52,889 nucleotides of DNA from Chloroflexota bacterium (GTDB lineage Bacteria > Chloroflexota > Anaerolineae > Aggregatilineales > UBA2796). The notes under the pieces are model-generated. The model ran no database searches, was not told the DNA's origin, and saw only the letters and a program-made list of their open reading frames with translations. Numbering within the stretch: position 1 is the first letter of the stretch; the number at the start of each line of letters is the position of its first letter. The DNA lies in the NCBI GenBank assembly GCA_017743585.1, contig JAGHYP010000001.1, positions 1 to 52,889 on the forward strand, written 5' to 3'. This document shows positions 49,208 to 52,889 of the stretch, one piece after another. A program made the position numbers and the translations under genes.

Positions 49208-49288
49208 GATGACCTCAATGCTGTTCGAGCTGAATAGCGCCTGAAGTATAGCGCACGTTGCGCGCCCTTTTCACGAGCGAAGGCGCGC

Positions 49289-50161
49289 TCAGCCGAACAG
49301 ATCAGTCCGATTGCGCGTCAGCAGATAAATGGCGCGCTGTGTTTTGCCCTCTACCTCGCTCAGAAAGTCGTGCAGCACGTAGCCGCGTTTGAAGAGATCG
49401 CTGAACACTTGCGCCGACTCATGCCGCCATGCCTTGGCTAAGATGATCGATTGCCGCTTGAGCGCGTTGAAATCGTACGGAATCTCAACCAAATAGGCGT
49501 CTTGCGACTCATCGTATGGCAGGCGTTGTGGCGCGTAGCCATCTGCCATCTGCACGCCGCGCAAGGCGAACGGCACGCCCTTCGCCAACAGATCGGCAAG
49601 GCGCGGCTGCGCGTAACGCCCTTCGATCCGCGCGACTACAGGCGCGCTCTTCAGCCACCACTCCACCTCAAAGCGATCCGACGGCAAGCCCGCGTTGATG
49701 CCGTCGCTCATCGCTCCGTATAGATTGTAGTAGTATGTACGCGCGACCGCGCCCAACTTTGCTATGTTCAGGCGCGCGTTCGGGCGCTGCAGTGGATCGT
49801 ACGTCCACGTGATGAGTTCTAGACCCTGCTTCAGCACTTCACCGCGCTGAAATAACTTCAAGCGGTAGCCGATCTCACGCCTTTGTGCGCTTGGCAGCAC
49901 GCCTGTCATGTGCGAGCAGTGCTTGAGACGACCGTCAGCCGTCATGCCTAAGAAGCTGAAGGTAAAGCCGATCAGTTTGCCGCTCAGCTCAAAAGCGCCT
50001 GCCACCAAGCCGCCGTTCTTCTGCGCGGTCACCAAGACGTGCAGCGGCACATAATCGCGCGGATCAGTGATTGCCCATGCTTCACGCTCAACCTGTTCAA
50101 CTGCCTGATACTCTTCCAGCGTCGTCAAGCGGCGAATGATCACATTCGATGCTTGTTGCAT
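49289..50161 (-). CDS. GNAT family N-acyltransferase (D-amino acid succinyl/acetyltransferase-like)
   Basis: SHMTGV, G.RLK, WTYDPL...NA.LN..KLG, YG.M.D.INAG.PSDR...W.L. True start is ATG 50161. Confidence 0.8.
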   Translation of the reverse strand: MQQASNVIIRRLTTLEEYQAVEQVEREAWAITDPRDYVPLHVLVTAQKNGGLVAGAFELSGKLIGFTFSFLGMTADGRLKHCSHMTGVLPSAQRREIGYRLKLFQRGEVLKQGLELITWTYDPLQRPNARLNIAKLGAVARTYYYNLYGAMSDGINAGLPSDRFEVEWWLKSAPVVARIEGRYAQPRLADLLAKGVPFALRGVQMADGYAPQRLPYDESQDAYLVEIPYDFNALKRQSIILAKAWRHESAQVFSDLFKRGYVLHDFLSEVEGKTQRAIYLLTRNRTDLFG

Positions 50162-50163
50162 GT

Positions 50164-51000
50164 TCAACCCGCCAAGATTGTTGTGAATAACGCAATAATA
50201 GAAGCGCCTACGGCAATTCGATAATAACCGAAAACGCGAAAACTGTTGCGCGAGACATAGCGTAGCAGCCATGCCATCGCTAACCACGCCACGATGAACG
50301 AGACCAGCGCGCCGACGCCGAACAACAGCAGGTGTTCGCTCCTGATTGCGCCTGCGTGCAACGCAAGCAGCAGATCGAAGAGCGTCGCCAAGCCAAGTGT
50401 CGGAAGCGCTAGGTAGAAGGAGAAAGCCGTCGCCGTGCGCCGATCCAAGCCGATCAGCAGGCTGCCCACAATAGACGCGCCTGAGCGCGAGACGCCCGGA
50501 ATCAGCGCCATCACTTGCGCCAAGCCGATCAAAAACGCATGGCGCAGACCGACTGACTCGAGCGTTGTAATGTGCGGCGCCCGCAGACGGCGCTCGATCC
50601 ACAGGAAGACCGCGCCGCCGATCACGAGCGCAATGCCGACTACAAGCGGCGTAAACAACGCCGTCTTGATCAGATCGCGCAGCAGGAAGCCTACGATAGC
50701 TGCCGGCAAAAACGCGAGGATGATGCCCGACCAAAAGCGCTGCACAGCCCGATCGCAGCAAATGTGGCGCGCTTGCGCTATCAGGTCGCGCCGATAGAAG
50801 GCGATGACTGCCGCAACCGCGCCGATCTGGATGAAGATTGAGAAAGTGTCGCGAAAGGCTTTCGAATCAGGCGCTTGCAGCGCCGCTGTTGGAAAGTCTA
50901 GAAGGGCAGAGACGACCAGCAAATGTCCTGTGGAAGAGATTGGCAGGAATTCCGTGACGCCTTCGACGATGCCCAGCACAATCGCGTAAATCAAGTCCAT
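50164..51000 (-). CDS. uppP: Undecaprenyl-diphosphatase (BacA)
   Basis: EGVTEFLPISSTGH, PGVSRSG, FSFYLA, FGYYR. Confidence 0.95.
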   Translation of the reverse strand: MDLIYAIVLGIVEGVTEFLPISSTGHLLVVSALLDFPTAALQAPDSKAFRDTFSIFIQIGAVAAVIAFYRRDLIAQARHICCDRAVQRFWSGIILAFLPAAIVGFLLRDLIKTALFTPLVVGIALVIGGAVFLWIERRLRAPHITTLESVGLRHAFLIGLAQVMALIPGVSRSGASIVGSLLIGLDRRTATAFSFYLALPTLGLATLFDLLLALHAGAIRSEHLLLFGVGALVSFIVAWLAMAWLLRYVSRNSFRVFGYYRIAVGASIIALFTTILAG

Positions 51001-51186
51001 TGAAAACCGGCCTCACTGTGATGATTTAAGGCAGTCTAGCGCAAAAGCGGCAGCGCGTCACGCTTAACCGACCACAATGGCGCTGTTGAGGCAGCTACGA
51101 CCTCTCGACGCCGGCGATCTTTGATTAGCCGAGCAAGGCGCAGCGCGCTATACTCAGCTGCGCACGAGTCTGTTGGAAGATGTGCC

Positions 51187-52596
51187 ATGACAGATGCGCT
51201 CACGCTGAACGCGCAAGTCGAGACCTGCCCGATCTGCAAAGGGACAGGTCTGCTGCGCGAAGATGTGCCGGTCGGTCATCCTAACTTCGGCAAGCTCTTC
51301 CCGTGCGCCTGCCAGCAGGCGGGCTATCGCAGCCGCGAAGTGGCGCGCTTGCGCACGCTGGGCAATCTTGAGGCGTATGCGCGCAAAACGTTCGCCACAT
51401 TCGAGATAGATTACACGATCCTAGAGCCGAACGAGGCGCACTTGCGGCAAATCTTCCGCGATCTCTCAGAGGCGCGCCGCCGAAGTCTGACTGAAGCGCA
51501 ACGGCGCACCCTCAAGGCCGCTGCTGAGATCGCGTTGCGTTACGCTGAAGCGCCTGAGGGCTGGCTGCTCTTCGAAGGCGGCTATGGCACAGGCAAGACG
51601 CATCTCGCCGCCGCCATTGCCAACGCTGCGATCGAGCGCGGCGTGCCTGTGCTGTTCATCACCGCGCCCGACCTGCTCGATCACTTGCGCGGCGCGTTCG
51701 GGCCGAGCAGCGAGACCGCTTATGACGAGCTATTTGAGCGCATCCGCAAAGCTCCGCTGCTTGTTGTGGACGATCTCGGCGCTGAGAGCCCGACGGCTTG
51801 GGCGGTCGAGAAGCTCTATCAGCTCTTCAACGATCGGCATCGCTACCGTTTGCCGACCGTTGTGACGACCAATCGCGACCCTGCGCAGATCGAGCCGCGC
51901 ATTCGCAGTCGCTTGCTAGACCAAGACTTGACGCGCAGCGTGCGCCTCCTGCTGCCCGATCGCCGCTCGCCGATCATGACTTGGGCCGAGGCAGACTTGA
52001 GCGACCTGAGCCGCTACCGCGATATGACCTTTGAGACGTTCGATCTGCGCGAGGGCGAAAATTTGCCTGAGGATGCGCTGCGCCGCCTGCAACAGACTGT
52101 GCAAACTGCCCGCGCCTACGCCGAAAGTCCGCAAGGCTGGCTAGTGCTGACGGGGCGTCCCGGCTGCGGTAAAACGCACCTCGCCGCCGCCATTGCGCAC
52201 GTCTTGAACGCGCACGCGCCCAGAGCGCTCTTCGTGACAGCTGCTGATCTGATCAACCACTTGCGCGCCACGTTCTACCCCAGCGCCACTGTCAGCTACG
52301 ACCGGCGGCTGCACGAGCTGAAGAACGCGCCCGTCTTGATCCTCGACGATCTGACTATTGAAGAACGCAACATGTCAGCTTGGGCGCGCGATAAGCTCTA
52401 CGAAATTCTGCTCTATCGCTTCGACTATAATCTGCCGACGGTCATCACGAGCTTGCAGCCGCTAGAAGAGATGGACGCGCGCTTGCGCAGCCGTCTGAGC
52501 AACCGCACGCGCTGCACAGTTGAGCCGATCATCGTGCCGAGCTATCCAGGGCGCAGCCAAGTGCGGCGCGCGCCTGCGCCGCGCTCACGCCGCTAG
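51187..52596 (+). CDS. DnaC/DnaI/IstB-like ATPase with N-terminal Zn finger and two tandem AAA+ domains
   Basis: CPIC...CAC; Walker A GGYGTGKT and GRPGCGKT; Walker B LVVDDL and LILDDL; R.RSRL in both halves. Confidence 0.88.
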   Translation: MTDALTLNAQVETCPICKGTGLLREDVPVGHPNFGKLFPCACQQAGYRSREVARLRTLGNLEAYARKTFATFEIDYTILEPNEAHLRQIFRDLSEARRRSLTEAQRRTLKAAAEIALRYAEAPEGWLLFEGGYGTGKTHLAAAIANAAIERGVPVLFITAPDLLDHLRGAFGPSSETAYDELFERIRKAPLLVVDDLGAESPTAWAVEKLYQLFNDRHRYRLPTVVTTNRDPAQIEPRIRSRLLDQDLTRSVRLLLPDRRSPIMTWAEADLSDLSRYRDMTFETFDLREGENLPEDALRRLQQTVQTARAYAESPQGWLVLTGRPGCGKTHLAAAIAHVLNAHAPRALFVTAADLINHLRATFYPSATVSYDRRLHELKNAPVLILDDLTIEERNMSAWARDKLYEILLYRFDYNLPTVITSLQPLEEMDARLRSRLSNRTRCTVEPIIVPSYPGRSQVRRAPAPRSRR

Positions 52597-52863
52597 GGCG
52601 CTGCAGTTGGAGTCGGCGGCAAGCGCGTGAACGCGCCTGTGTACGGGCAGATCGCGCCGTACGTCGGATGGATAAGCCAGACGCGCCAGTAGTAAGTGCC
52701 TTCCGAGGGCAAGCGCAGCAGCGAAAACCTGAAGACGCCGTCGCCCTCAGCCGGTATGACGATCCGTATGCCTGCGCCGCTGCCTTCCAAGCCGACGCTG
52801 ATGCCCACTGCGCCGCGACGCGGCACGTTGCGCCAAGCGAAGCGCGCCTCATCAGCATAGCCG
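52593..52863 (-). CDS. C-terminal fragment of a hypothetical (probably extracellular) protein
   Basis: Open frame ...FAWRNVP...GTYYWRV...PTPTAAP; the 5' end is replaced by adapter sequence. Confidence 0.55.
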
Positions 52864-52889
52864 CTGTCTCTTATACACATCTGACGCTG
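52864..52889 (+). other. Illumina Nextera/Tn5 mosaic-end adapter (assembly artefact)
   Basis: CTGTCTCTTATACACATCT-GACGCTG at the very end of the window. Confidence 0.97.

Noticed and set aside
50162-50761. Long N-terminal extension of the GNAT ORF (also the extensions of greA, livM, DUF151 and the M1 peptidase)
   Set aside because: These extensions overlap real genes or promoters and lack family similarity; internal ATGs fit better.
51187-52596. IS21 element (IstB-like ATPase)
   Set aside because: No IstA transposase or terminal inverted repeats seen; the Zn finger and duplicated ATPase are unlike IstB.
52864-52882. Natural Tn5/IS50 end
   Set aside because: It is the synthetic mosaic end followed by Nextera-specific GACGCTG, at the contig terminus.
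1-52889. CRISPR array, tRNA/rRNA genes, prophage, HIP1 enrichment
   Set aside because: No regularly spaced repeats, RNA-gene signatures or phage genes seen by eye. The few GCGATCGC sites appear explainable by composition (not computed).

Overview
GC-rich bacterial chromosomal segment. The gene content (DnaD-domain gene next to dnaB, tandem-AAA DnaC-like protein, several GT-C membrane proteins sharing a C-terminal domain, GT9, carotenoid genes) suggests Chloroflexota, probably Anaerolineae/Ca. Thermofonsia-like; this assignment is inference. Housekeeping genes include greA, ppx/gppA, dnaB, dnaD-like, a methylcrotonyl-CoA carboxylase beta subunit, thrS, rnz and uppP. The window also holds a five-gene branched-chain/neutral amino-acid ABC operon and a tightly coupled nine-gene carotenoid operon (crtI, crtB, lycopene cyclase, unknown membrane protein, esterase, cruF, PlsY paralogue, GT2, crtD-like) followed by a photolyase. 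I saw no rRNA, tRNA, CRISPR array or IS element. The last 26 bp are Nextera adapter. Best leads: (1) a candidate uncharacterised carotenoid-glycoside acylation/remodelling module built on a degenerate PlsY, an esterase and an unknown membrane protein; (2) an IlvC-like protein missing half of its metal site and coupled to a GT9; (3) a Zn-finger tandem-AAA helicase-loader candidate; (4) a recurring (G/A)CGC-TAnAnT promoter element at about ten operon heads.
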